DNA from: Asterionella formosa
Taxonomy: Eukaryota
DNA length: 35,437 nt
Assembly (NCBI GenBank): GCA_002256025.1
Contig: NKIB01000075.1
Coordinates: forward strand, 1 to 35,437
Direction of reading: 5' to 3'
The notes below the pieces were generated by a model. It had not been told where the DNA came from. It was given only the letters and a program-made list of their open reading frames with translations, and ran no database searches. Of this stretch, positions 1 to 10,604 are shown piece after piece. The position numbers and the translations under genes are program-made. How positions within the stretch are numbered: the stretch's first letter is position 1; the number at the start of each line of letters is the position of its first letter.

Positions 1-171
1 CACATTCCAGCGTCGCTCTCGGATCCTCTTGATGCATTTCATACGACCTCTCTTGCTGATACAAAAAGGCGCCACCAAGAAGAAGAAAAATGACAGAACC
101 CAAAACAGAATCAGAAAGTTCGAATTATTGAAGAGTCCTCCGCTGTCTTGGCTACTGCCATTGGTAGACAT
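1..171 (-). CDS. 5' end of a single-pass membrane protein, truncated by the window edge (N-terminus resembles TM-anchored RING/ATL-like proteins, unconfirmed)
   Basis: Hand translation from the ATG at 171: MSTNGSSQDSGGLFNNSNFLILFWVLSFFFFLVAPFCISKRGRMKCIKRIRERRWNV, open to base 1. A ~20-aa hydrophobic helix is followed by a basic stop-transfer stretch. Not in the ORF track. Confidence 0.65.
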   Translation of the reverse strand, partial: MSTNGSSQDSGGLFNNSNFLILFWVLSFFFFLVAPFCISKRGRMKCIKRIRERRWNV

Positions 172-661
172 GGTAGAGTGTTGAAGTAGTAGCAGTAGAA
201 GTATATTAGATTGTGGAGGATCACAGGCGGTGACTGCGATGCTTCAACTCTTGTGAGATGATTCGTTTCGTCCATCACAGAGCGAAATGGGGCAAAAAAC
301 AAAAATGCAACTGCAAAAACAAAGCACAAAAGTGTTATTTTATACCAGTCGTACTAAAACTCTATCTATGTATGTATTGATAGGAAAGAACTTCACCTGC
401 GGACGGTGGATTCCATACTGGTAATCATCAATGAAAGAATACCGGTATGTATTTCAAACGTATGAACCACGGATCAATTCCTGTAGGAAGAAGGAATGCC
501 GGCATTTACGTAGCTTACGTATGTCTAAACGGTCCACTCCTAACATTACCGGGGGGGTACATTACGGGAAACGCCGTACTTTCTCGGTACGTCGAAAATT
601 CCCTGTGTGTATCATGCAAAGACCTCGCTGCTCGCTTATTTTTCAAATATCTTTCGAAAAT

Positions 662-740
662 CAAGTCGCGCGTTCTTCTGCGAAGTTCGCGTTCTCTTAC
701 AAAGTTCGCGTTATTTAATGAAGTTCGTGTACTTCTTGAA
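662..740. repeat. Degenerate ~20-bp tandem repeat (AAGTTCGCGTT core), about 4 copies
   Basis: caagtcgcgcgttc (662), gaagttcgcgttc (682), aagttcgcgtta (702), aagttcgtgtac (721). Confidence 0.55.
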
Positions 741-1049
741 AAATACGCGCGACTTCCATTTCGTCAAATCGAGTTCGAGCTCTTATCATAACCAGGCATT
801 AAGCATCAAGAGGCAATATGAACATTCCGTCCAGCAAACGGCTAGACATTATATACTGGTACCGTACTAGGGACCTTTTACTCTGTATATCATCATTCGA
901 CCGCTACCGGAAATATAGTTCGCACCAATTGCTCCTTTGTTTCTACTGTAGCTAGCAATGGTATCGGCTGGCCACTCAAATATTGGCGGGAAACCGAAAA
1001 CAACTTGTCACTATCATAATTATGATGTGAACAGAATAACTGTCGTTTG

Positions 1050-1165
1050 GTATACTTTCTACAGTTGCTACATTTAGATGGACCATACTGCCGCATATCT
1101 TATGGTTACATTCCTCAAAAACAAGCATACTGTCGTTTTCTTCCTTCCCATCCTGAACACTTCTT
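1050..1165 (-). pseudogene. Possible decayed RING-HC finger fragment
   Basis: Joining two minus-strand frames gives KCSGW / KEENDSMLVFEECNHKICG / YGPSKCSNCRK. This fits C3HC4 spacing only with two frameshifts and two Cys substitutions. Confidence 0.25.
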
Positions 1166-1699
1166 TCGGGGTTGTGTATTCCATAATTGAACGCAAGTTG
1201 CCGTGGTTCTACTGTTATGTCGTACTTTGTATGTATACTGAGAGTAGATGGTTCGAAGAAAAATGGGTCCTCATGCATCTCCTGCATTTTTCTCGAGATA
1301 GTAGCCATAAGTGAACATCGAAAAAGCTCAAAAAAGTTTTTCGATACATAACGGTAGTTGCCAAATTTTAACCAACCACATATGATATACTATACATGGA
1401 TCTGTAGCTTATGTAGTAATTGTGCTCATTAGGGTTATTGAGCCGGAGAAAATCTTACAAGTCAAAATGGCCCCAGATAAATTTGAACATTTGACACAAT
1501 TGTTTTCGCCCAGAGGGCGGAGTACCAGGTACCATGTACCAGTATGCTGATGATTATATGCTGGTAGTTTCAAAAGCATACATGCCACCTAATATTATAT
1601 CAAACGTAAATGTAAATCAAACTATTCCAGTACTATAAGTCAGTTCTGAGCAGCACCTACAACCAATTGTTTCAAGTATGGATACTGCTGCTGTGTTCC

Positions 1700-2000
1700 A
1701 CCTTTACCTTGTAAATGCTATGATGAGAAGTTCCCCTCATGCTTTGTGAAAGTTTGCTTGTGAATCTTTCTAAACAATCCTCTTGATTTACATCTGGAAA
1801 TAGTGGCCCTTCAGGATTTTTGGATAATATCTGCTGGGTAAACACTCAAGCATGTACTCAAACAAAGTAGCGATTGGCCACACAGTCAAGTCTTCAGGAT
1901 TTGTGTACACATACCTGGGCTTGTAGTTTTTGATCCATCCTGATCATTCTTCATATGAGGGAAGCGAATACCCAAATTGCCAACACTCCATATCAAGTGT
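1700..2000 (-). mobile_element. Decayed Crypton-like tyrosine recombinase fragment
   Basis: Frameshifted minus-strand peptides in colinear order: HLIWSVGNLGIRFPHMKNDQDGS (HMKNDQDGS at 1957-1931), PRYVYTNPEDLTVWPIATLFEY (YVYTNP at 1913-1896), NPEGPLFPDVNQ (GPLFP at 1809-1795), GTSHHSIYK (HHSIYK at 1725-1708). These resemble stramenopile Crypton YR motifs as I recall them (HMKNDQxG..PRHxYANP..CPI..LFPG..GTHSIRKG). Confidence 0.65.
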
Positions 2001-2175
2001 TTAAAAAATTTGAAACTAAGCAACTTGTAATGCGCTTTCAAAGACCATGGAGTTACACGTGTTTAAAAAATTTGAAACTAACATGTAATGCGCTTTCTAA
2101 GACCATGGAGTTACAAGTGTTTAAAAATTTGAAACTAACTTGTAATGCGCTTTCTAAGACCATGCAGTTACACGT
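1994..2175. repeat. Tandem repeat, 3 copies of a 57-62-bp unit
   Basis: Unit CAAGTGTTTAAAAAATTTGAAACTAACTTGTAATGCGCTTTCTAAGACCATGGAGTTA starts at 1994, 2056 and 2114. Confidence 0.95.
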
Positions 2176-2677
2176 AGAATTTCATAGCACAACGGCCTGC
2201 CAACAAGACTGTGTGCTTCCCTAGTCTTGTTAAGCAACATAGGCGAGTCCGCACCCATCTTTTGCGAAAGGTGATCGTCTTAGCCGCAGCGTTATGGGCA
2301 AGCCAGCACACTGCTTGGAGGAAGGCAACTCGTGTCTACAAATAAAAAATATTGCACTTATAAGATAAGGTGTCATACGATAACTGTCACAGAATTTTTC
2401 TCCCTATAATAATTAATATGTATGATAAATGCATACTGTGAAAGTGAACAGGTTAAGCATACTTATAATAATCAAAACTTTATCCTATGATGTACATTCT
2501 TTCATCATATATCTATCCTTACATGATGGTAACTCTAATCGAAATAGCAGTTGACAATATGTTGAAATGGATTGTAATTTTACTGTTATACCACGAATTG
2601 ATTTTTATGTTTCTACATTTTGTGCGGTTAAACAGCCAATGAACCCCATTTTCTACTATTGTCTTAATGCTCTTGCT

Positions 2678-2800
2678 GCATGCCTAACGCCTCACCACCT
2701 CCCTTCAATGGTCTTGAGAATCAATGCCCCCCCCCCCTCCCCCTCTGCCTCCCTTCGATGATCTTAAGGATGCATGCCTCCCCCGCCTCCCTTCAATTCT
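2678..2800. repeat. C-rich degenerate ~45-bp tandem repeat, 3 copies
   Basis: ATGCC...CCTCCCTTC(A/G)AT recurs three times, with a poly-C run at ~2727-2737. Confidence 0.6.
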
Positions 2801-3821
2801 GATTCTGAAACTTAACTACTTGCTGCAAATCCCATTTTCTTTTGATCCGATTCTGAATTCGCATGCGCTATTCCGTTCCTGTTTTATACATTTTGATTTC
2901 CTAATCATACTAACAATGAGAAGGAAATACTCGCTCGTAAGCCATATTTTGTTTATAGCTCACCACTGCAGTCCTATTTTATCATGTTTCACTTACCAGA
3001 TGCATGTCGATGAACTTTTCGCATAATTCAGTAAAATAATTTGTTCAGTCGAATATTGTATAAGTTGACATCAAAAAACCGTTCCACCAATTAATTTATA
3101 TATTACAACAAAACGTTTTGAGTGATATTCTAATAGTTTTTCATTGATCCAACAAGAGCATTTACCAAATTTGTTTTGTCGACATTCTTGGTGATGTCGT
3201 CCCACCGAAAGCAAATTTGCTGTTGAACTGCTAGGGAGGAAGGAAAGCAAAAGTTTAGCCTCTGTGAACCCAACAATTGATCACCTTGGCATGTGCTCTT
3301 GACATACCATGGCTAGATTCAGTTTACTTTTCTTTTCTTTTTTCAATCCTTGTAAGCCGTAAGGTTTATCATCATTGTTTGCGTTGTAGCGTCGTTCTTT
3401 CATTTTTTCTTTTCTCATGATGGCTGAGGTGATCTTTCATTTCAGTATCATGTGTTACCAGTATGCGTAACAAGGAACCTCTAAACATTATTTCAAATGC
3501 TGTATAGGCTAAACGTATAAACAAATACAGACTGTGTATACTATCATCAATTAAGCTTGTTATTAATTCAAATATATACAATGCACGAGGATATCAATGT
3601 TTTTTACAACTGATGTACTGTTTTTTAATTTTTTCCGTATCAATTCTTGTCCCTACAAGTAAGTGATTGAATTAAGCCCCTCAATAAGCGCGAGACACAC
3701 AATATTTTCATAAGGTGCAAATAATAAAATAATTAGATGATTCCTTTTCTCATATCATTTACATCGTTTTTCTGCTTTGATCAAATGTGTAGGATAGACG
3801 AATCAAACTTTATGAATTACT

Positions 3822-3990
3822 GATCATATTTTCTGGTTAGAAATGATTGCCAATAAAATAAGATCACAAATAACAATTTTGTGCTTTTCTGATCCTTATT
3901 AACATGAATATATATCCTGCTACTTAAAAATTACATATCATATTTTCTGGTTAGAAATGATTGCCAATAGATCAGATTACAGATAACAAT
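3822..3990. repeat. Direct duplication of ~55 bp, copies ~115 bp apart
   Basis: ATCATATTTTCTGGTTAGAAATGATTGCCAATA at ~3823 and ~3937, each followed by a similar AGAT(C/T)ACA.ATAACAAT. Confidence 0.85.
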
Positions 3991-4053
3991 GTTTCGCTCG
4001 TTTGTTCTTGCTTTTGAACCAAGTACGAGGTGACAATAGATACCAATGTCACC

Positions 4054-5173
4054 TTGTTTGTACGAGAACATGTTATTGCGTATCCTCCATCACAAATAGA
4101 TACCAATGTCACCTTGTTTGTACAAGGACGTGATCTAGCCTAAGTACGAGGTGACAAGAATAGATACCAATGTCACCTTTTTTACGAGAACGTGTTATTC
4201 CGTACCCTCCATCACAAATAGAAACCAACAATGTCACCTTGCTGTTTGTACGAGAACGTGTTCTTGCGTTCCCTCCATCACCTTTGGATATACCAATGTC
4301 ACTCTGCCTCTAAGAACGACCATAAACCTATCCCTATGATGGACATAATTGAAATTCAAATCAATCATACTATACATAGTGCGTTTACATAAAGAAATAT
4401 CCTTGCAACAAATATAGTATCACTATGATGGACATGATTTAAATTCAAATCAATTTTATACTGGTATGTACGTTTGCATGCTAAAATATCTGTGCAACAT
4501 ATATAGGTATCTCTATGATGGGCATGATTTAAGGTTTCAGCCCCAGCTTAACCCTAGCTAGTTTGGAGAAAATGTCTCTATGGTTGTTAAAACGGCAGGA
4601 AACAAGGATTTTGTTTGTACGAGAACATGTTATTGCGTATCCTCCATCACAAATAGATACCAATGTCACCTTGTTTGTACAAGGACGTGATCTAGCCTAA
4701 GTACGAGGTGACAAGAATAGATACCAATGTCACCTTTTTTACGAGAACGTGTTATTCCGTACCCTCCATCACAAATAGAAACCAACAATGTCACCTTGCT
4801 GTTTGTACGAGAACGTGTTCTTGCGTTCCCTCCATCACCTTTGGATATACCAATGTCACTCTGCCTCTAAGAACGACCATAAACCTATCCCTATGATGGA
4901 CATAATTGAAATTCAAATCAATCATACTATACATAGTGCGTTTACATAAAGAAATATCCTTGCAACATATATAGTATCACTATGATGGACATGATTTAAA
5001 TTCAAATCAATTTTATACTGGTATGTATGTTTACATGCTAAAATATCTGTGCAACATATATAGGTATCTCTATGACGGGCATGATTTAAGGTTTCAGCCC
5101 CAGCTTAACCCTAGCTAGTTTGGAGAAAATGTCTCTATGGTTGTTAAAACGGCAGGAAACAAGGATTTTGTTT
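4054..5173. repeat. Near-perfect 557-bp tandem duplication built from ~60-bp and ~90-bp sub-repeats
   Basis: 4054-4610 is repeated at 4611-5167 (identical ORFs at 4151 and 4708). About 4 substitutions seen. TTGTTT sits at the start, junction and end. Confidence 0.97.
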
Positions 5174-5364
5174 CTAGGAATTCCCATGATTCGAGTGTCC
5201 ATTTGAAAATTTGAATTAAATAGGAATTGGCTCCAGATTGATAGAGTTCCATTTAAAAAATGATATATCTAAAGGTTTTTTATATCTACGTTGCTGTATG
5301 TAGACATATTGATGAAAAATAAAATAGATAGCCTTGCACCCTATAATGTCAGGAGTTAAATTAA

Positions 5365-5463
5365 GGAGAGAAGTGGCAGTTATCCTTCGTAGATTTTTTA
5401 TAAGCTTCGTAACCCTTTTTTGGATAGTGACGATTCCAAGAAAGATAACTGCCACTTTTCTCC
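5365..5463. repeat. 99-bp inverted-repeat (hairpin/MITE-like) element
   Basis: GGAGAGAAGTGGCAGTTATC (5365-5384) versus GATAACTGCCACTTTTCTCC (5444-5463): 19/20 complementary. Confidence 0.8.
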
Positions 5464-5829
5464 GGAAATGAGGTCCTTACCATATTTGAATATAGATAAT
5501 ACCCCTTAATCGAGCAATGACTGTATCTAAGCATATGAAAAGAGGTTGTATTGGTGAACTAATTTTTCCTTGAACTATCTTATTCAGTTGTACATACTAC
5601 CAGTATGTAGATTGAAGTAAATCATAAAAATATTTTGGAAAAAACAGACTTCTTGATTTGTAACTGCAGGGCTGCAAACCTTAAAATTAAATCAATCGCA
5701 TACATACTTTTGCATAGAAAAATATCTGTGCAGCATATCGGTACCCGTATAACAGATGATACAAATACACAGTACCAATACTCACACACTAGTAGTCTCG
5801 TACATGCATGTACATATATGAATATCTAT

Positions 5830-6078
5830 CATTTCTTCTCAACAATTGTTATCAATCTGAGGTTGGTCAACCATTTTGGCCATGCTGGTACGAAAAGCAT
5901 CATCAGTAAATTTGGCTGCCCAGCATCCATCCTGTGAGGTCCTGATTCTCTCTGAATTTAATGGATGCTGATTAGGACCACGAAACTGAGAGGCGCCAAA
6001 CATACCATCGCGGAAGTATTGCATGATTTCAGAATATTCTGGATCCCATTCTCGTAGTCGTCATCCCCAGTCTGTCAT
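5830..6078 (-). pseudogene. Decayed coding-like fragment of unknown family
   Basis: MTDWG*RLREWDPEYSEIMQYFRDGMFGASQFRG...DNNC*EEMI. A GC-richer island in AT-rich DNA with two in-frame TGA stops, consistent with CGA>TGA decay. Confidence 0.3.
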
Positions 6079-6258
6079 GATGATTATGTCAGAATCGATT
6101 GATATGTACAATGAATATTTAAAATAATTATTTCATAATTTTGTAAGTATAATTCTGTGCAATAAAAATTGTTTTACAATACATTTGAAACCATACAAGG
6201 CAACAACCACCATTTCGGATTTCAATTTGAAATGCACTCTATTGGGCCGGGGAAGTAT

Positions 6259-6302
6259 GGCAGTGTCAGAATTAGACTACGGCAGTGTCAGAATTAGACT
6301 AC
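6259..6302. repeat. Perfect 22-bp tandem duplication
   Basis: GGCAGTGTCAGAATTAGACTAC at 6259-6280 and 6281-6302. Confidence 0.95.
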
Positions 6303-6569
6303 CAGGACTTTTCCCAAAACGGGATGAAACAGGAAGAACTATTTGTAAATTCAACTGCCCATTGGCATTTGCACCACAATTGCACCACCGATTCCATCAC
6401 TGTTACTTAGAGAAGCCAAAATTGCACCATCAGACTACCTTTATGTAAAATCCGTGCTACTGCCTGCACTACCATAGTGATATTGTCTTTGCTACATCGT
6501 CTGTGAATAGATTTTCCAGTAGATCTAACGTTTTACTCAGAATACGTTTAAAAACTGATTGATCATTCA

Positions 6570-6922
6570 AACATTTTGACATGTTGATGATAATTTTGAT
6601 GTATCAACGGCAGTGTCTGTATGATCAATCAAATTTGTACATTAGCTCAGTAACATACACACGTTAGGTTATGCGTATATAAGAACTCGTATATATTAGT
6701 TACCAAATCTAATCGGTTAACCAAAATTGTTGATATATTGAACAAATTTTGTGATATGTTAATGATAATTTTGATATATCAATGACCGTGTCGGTGTGGT
6801 CAATCAAATTTGTTTGTCAGATTACTTTCTTACACACGTCAGGGCCAGGTTACGCATAGATAGAAGTCATTTATATTAGTTATCAAAACTAATATGCTAA
6901 GCAAATGCTTTGATATATTGAT
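6570..6922. repeat. Diverged ~175-180-bp tandem duplication in the left subterminal region
   Basis: Colinear blocks ATGATAATTTTGAT, TCAATCAAATTTGT, TACACACGT, TATATTAGTTA and TGATATATTGA each occur twice. Confidence 0.8.
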
Positions 6923-8725
6923 ACGTTGTTTGATTGATCAATAGCTGATGTTATTTGATCATTTATTGTTTTAGCGAAGGTTATGACTTTACACAAATCA
7001 CCTTACGTGTATGTAAACCTTGTACCGAACGATGCTATCAGAATGAATTCTGTGCAACAACGATGTGTTCCTTGTTGCCATTCTGATTTGAATGCTCTAC
7101 CGGTACATGCTTTGATCAAATTCTTGTACCGGTAGTACTATTTGTCATTCTTATCTCTCCATTCGCATATCAGTAATCGAATTTCATAAAAGCCATGTGC
7201 GTTCGTTGAATCCCTTACGAGCTACCTTCTTGCGAGGACGACGATGATCTCAGTCTGATAACGAATGATATGGTCTCGATATTGTTGGGGAATTATGCTG
7301 GCGAAGTTTGATTGTTTGTTTGTTACTCGAAATCAAAAGCTTTGGTTAATTTATACGACAGAATTGGAGAACGATGCATTGTGGGCCATACCCAATTCCA
7401 ATTCCAACCGAAATCAAGAAGATAGTACCTTTTGATCATAATTCGCCCATTGCGAACATCGATCCGTATTTCGAATCTATTCTTCAAGATGATATGTGGA
7501 TCGAAGTGAAGATGGACCAGATGGCGGCGCAGTTTGTTGCTCATGGCCTTAATCATTGGTCTTCCATTCTCATTGACTAGCTATTGGCGAGCACGTTTGT
7601 ATGCTGCAGAATTAGAGCCGCAACATCAGCACTAATCAGGAAGTAGTAGCTTCATTTCATTCAGGAAATAGTAGCATTACATGAACCTTGAATAGCAGGA
7701 GGTTCGAAATAACAATCGTAACTTTGCTTAATAACATTGTACTATCCCATTGTTTTAAGAAATCTCTTTATCGGCAACATCAGAGGCACTATATAGGACA
7801 GCCTAATCCCATAGACTTTCTTCAGAGTGTCTAATTGAGTCTATCAAATTTGATAGACTTGATATAAAATCTCCCCCTTCCAAAGCAAAAACAAAATGTT
7901 AATTAAAGGCAACTCCAGACATGGCTGCCAATCCGGAAGAAGCAGTCCTTGACTTGTCACCAAAGAGTTCCGAAATTGTAGGAGTGATTGGGAAAGTAAA
8001 TAAAGAACAGGTCAAGGAGGAAAATGATTTATCCCATTTATCCAGCAGTAACGAGTTGGAATTATTGAAACAGGACATGGTCGCCAGTCTGGATGTAGTT
8101 CATGGGTGCATTTGGTGGCATATTGTTTTCTTTCTGATGTAGTCTAAAATCTCATGGAAAGTGAGTTTTCCATAAAATCATCGCTGGTCCTATATGATTC
8201 CGAAATTTCCTTGAAATTTCAAATGTTTTTTTAAACAAGCCAGACTCTAGGACCATATAGAATTTGTTGAGAACAAAATCCAGGACACTGTCATCTAGTC
8301 TCCTCTTCTCCTTGCCTTTGTCATCATGATTAAAGTATCTAACCAGTAAGAGTCGTTCCTTACTCTTCCATTGTCTCTTGAACAGACATGAAAAACTCCA
8401 TAGAAACAGGTTTTTCCTGATTGAAAAATCTGCGATCGGTATCCCCTTCACAACCAAGATCGTTCCATTCTTTGTAGCAAATGGAACATTTGCCATTCCA
8501 GATAACAAGTGATATATGGCACTATCGATAGCGTGCAAATGTCAAGTTGCAAGAAAAACGTGACTGTAACAGAACAAGGAAGCAGAAAGGGATAATGGTC
8601 TGTCAACTATAGGATTATACAGTGGGCAAGTGCTGGATCGGAAGCAATGCAGCACCAACATACTCAGTCATAGACATTAGATTGGTAGCGCAAAGTTACA
8701 GTTTCATAGTATGACCAGCTTAGTC

Positions 8726-8985
8726 ATAGGTACAGTGTCACTTTAGCCATAGGTACAGTTTCACTTTAGCCATGTCATGTTCCAACCGGGTATTGAGACA
8801 AGGGGAAGAAGGGAATGCTGGTAGGGCAAACCTACAGTTTCACAGTACCAGCATAGTAATAGGTACAGTTTCACTGTAGCCACATCATGTTCCAACCGGG
8901 TATTGAGACAAGGGGAAGAAGGGAATGCTGGTAGGGCAAACCTACAGTTTCACAGTACCAGCGTAGTAATAGGTACAGTTTCACA
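8726..8985. repeat. 110-bp tandem duplication with nested 23-bp (GGTACAGTTTCAC) sub-repeats
   Basis: CATGTTCCAACCGGGTATTGAGACAAGGGGAAGAAGGGAATGCTGG at 8776 and 8886. ATAGGTACAGT(G/T)TCACTTTAGCC at 8726 and 8749. Confidence 0.93.
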
Positions 8986-9498
8986 GTACCGGGTATTCGA
9001 ATTCCTGTTAAGTCTTGTATATTTTATCTAATCATACATACTGGTAGGGTATTAAATGTTCCTTCGAAAAAGTTACAAGACATACAGAGATGTATGTTAT
9101 ACATACTTTTTGAAGAAGAGGAAATGTTGAGATATTGTTAAAAGATCTCATGCCGGTAATGCATTCTATTCCACATAACAAACAACAGTTTTGCTAACAT
9201 TGTTGGTATTATCTCGGACAGGAAAGTTGTACAAGAACATTGGAGAATGTGACTTGCTGCCATTCGCAATGGTAGAGGTTCGAATAAAGCATCATCAATT
9301 TCGTTTACTCTCTCATTTCATTTTGAAGAGGCAATGATCTAAACATAGCTACCGGAAGAAGTGAAAATTGAGGTATTGAAGACCACTGTGTGCTCATTCT
9401 GATAGAGGATGCACAGTGGAAAGTATGGTGACCAGAAGTAGGCTAGAATATTTGAGTGTTAAATATCAATCCATTTAATTCGATTTGTGTTCATCATT

Positions 9499-9757
9499 GA
9501 TCGAACATGATAATAGGTATGATCTATGAGAGAAATAAGTTAGATCAGTAGTAATGAACATTAGATCGAAAGCTAAAAATTCTATTTGATATTAGCATTC
9601 CAAAGGTTAGACCGAATGAATAACTGATTTGATCTCAGGATTACCATCTTTAGCTAGTAGATCGAACACCAAAACGTTAGTTGATGTCAATCAGTTTTTT
9701 TGTATGATCAATCAATATTTCTGTATGATCAATCAGTTTTATTTAATGATCAATCAA
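9499..9757. repeat. Phased GATC array ending in a 21-bp tandem repeat (ATGATCAATCA core)
   Basis: GATC at 9499, 9521, 9543, 9564, 9631, 9660, 9706, 9727 and 9748, with one-mismatch variants at 9587, 9610 and 9683. Confidence 0.7.
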
Positions 9758-9999
9758 AAAATGATACGTCATACTGAGAATTGTTGGGGCAGTTGGTCTT
9801 ACAGCAAAACTGTTAGGCCTAACGGTTTTTTATTTACAGACGATATGATCACGATCAGATTCATGTAAGATCTGTATTTTGTAGTAGTCAGCGGCCGTAG
9901 CCTACCACGTACATATATATAATGGTCCATTCATCACAGATTTACCACCGGTAAACTACTAATAAACTACTCTAAGTATTTTAAATCACACAGATTACT

Positions 10000-10046
10000 A
10001 CCAGGTACCGGTAAGGAGGTACCGGTAATGAGGTACCGGTAATGAA
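10000..10046. repeat. 14-bp tandem repeat of AGGTACCGGTAA, 3 copies
   Basis: TACCGGTA at 10006, 10020 and 10034. Confidence 0.9.
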
Positions 10047-10604
10047 TTTTCAACTAAATAAGGCCATCTCCTAGTATATTACGGTGCCCGAAAGAATACC
10101 AAGATTGTTTGCCTCAAGAAAACGGAGGATAGTAGCGAACCACCACAGTAATATAATTTCAAAATGACTCCTTGCTGACGTCATATTGTCGCTGAACCAC
10201 ATTGCACCACCATAGACCTAATGGTACTGAGTATGCTCGATTTTGTGTAGAAAACTGTAGATCCTATGTATTTCTTATCAGGAACATTATGTACATACCA
10301 AAGGTCATTGATATTATATGCTTGGCTATTATTTTGAAAGACAAATACGGTATATTGAAATAAAAAAATACCGGTATACTACTATTTGTTTTGCTTTATC
10401 AACTCCAATTACTGGACACCACTCCAGACAAAAACATGAGTCAATGCAGCTGTGAGTGTAGAGAGGTCAAGGAAAAGTGAAATAAATCATGTACTGGGAT
10501 GGTGGTCAATACTTAAGGCAGGCCAGTCCATCCCACAAAAACTAACAAAGAAGGAATGTATTTGTGTATAAAGGGCGCTGATGTCATCCGTAAACTCCCT
10601 TGCC

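Larger units (their letters stand above)
6495..9845. mobile_element. Putative ~3.35-kb non-autonomous or decayed TIR DNA transposon
   Basis: Left end ATCGTCTGTGAATAG...CTAACGTTTTACTCAGAATACGT...TGATTGATCATT aligns with the reverse complement of the right end, ATCGTCTGTAAATAA...CTAACAGTTTTGCT..(indel)..CTCAGTATGACGT...TGATTGATCATT. TGATTGATCA motifs cluster at both ends, and the interior has only broken ORFs. Confidence 0.6.

Noticed and set aside
431..870. Overlapping ORFs of 87-114 aa
   Set aside because: They run through a degenerate 20-bp repeat, have no motifs and lie upstream of the gene starting at 171.
2345..3725. Weak inverted similarity between ~2345-2375 and ~3694-3722 as possible element ends
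   Set aside because: Requires several gaps in AT-rich sequence and cannot be distinguished from chance.
4021..4320. Repeat array with a hairpin, superficially CRISPR-like
   Set aside because: The intervening sequences are themselves repeated rather than unique spacers. There are no cas genes and the context is eukaryotic.
4548..4556. TTAACCCTA as a telomeric seed
   Set aside because: Single unit only, with no tandem array.
4151..4896. Twin 62-aa ORFs (4151 and 4708)
   Set aside because: By-products of the 557-bp duplication, with GTG starts and no protein features.
7701..7710. GGTTCGAA T-loop-like motifs (also ~9277 and ~26699)
   Set aside because: No cloverleaf stems or A box around them, so not tRNA genes.
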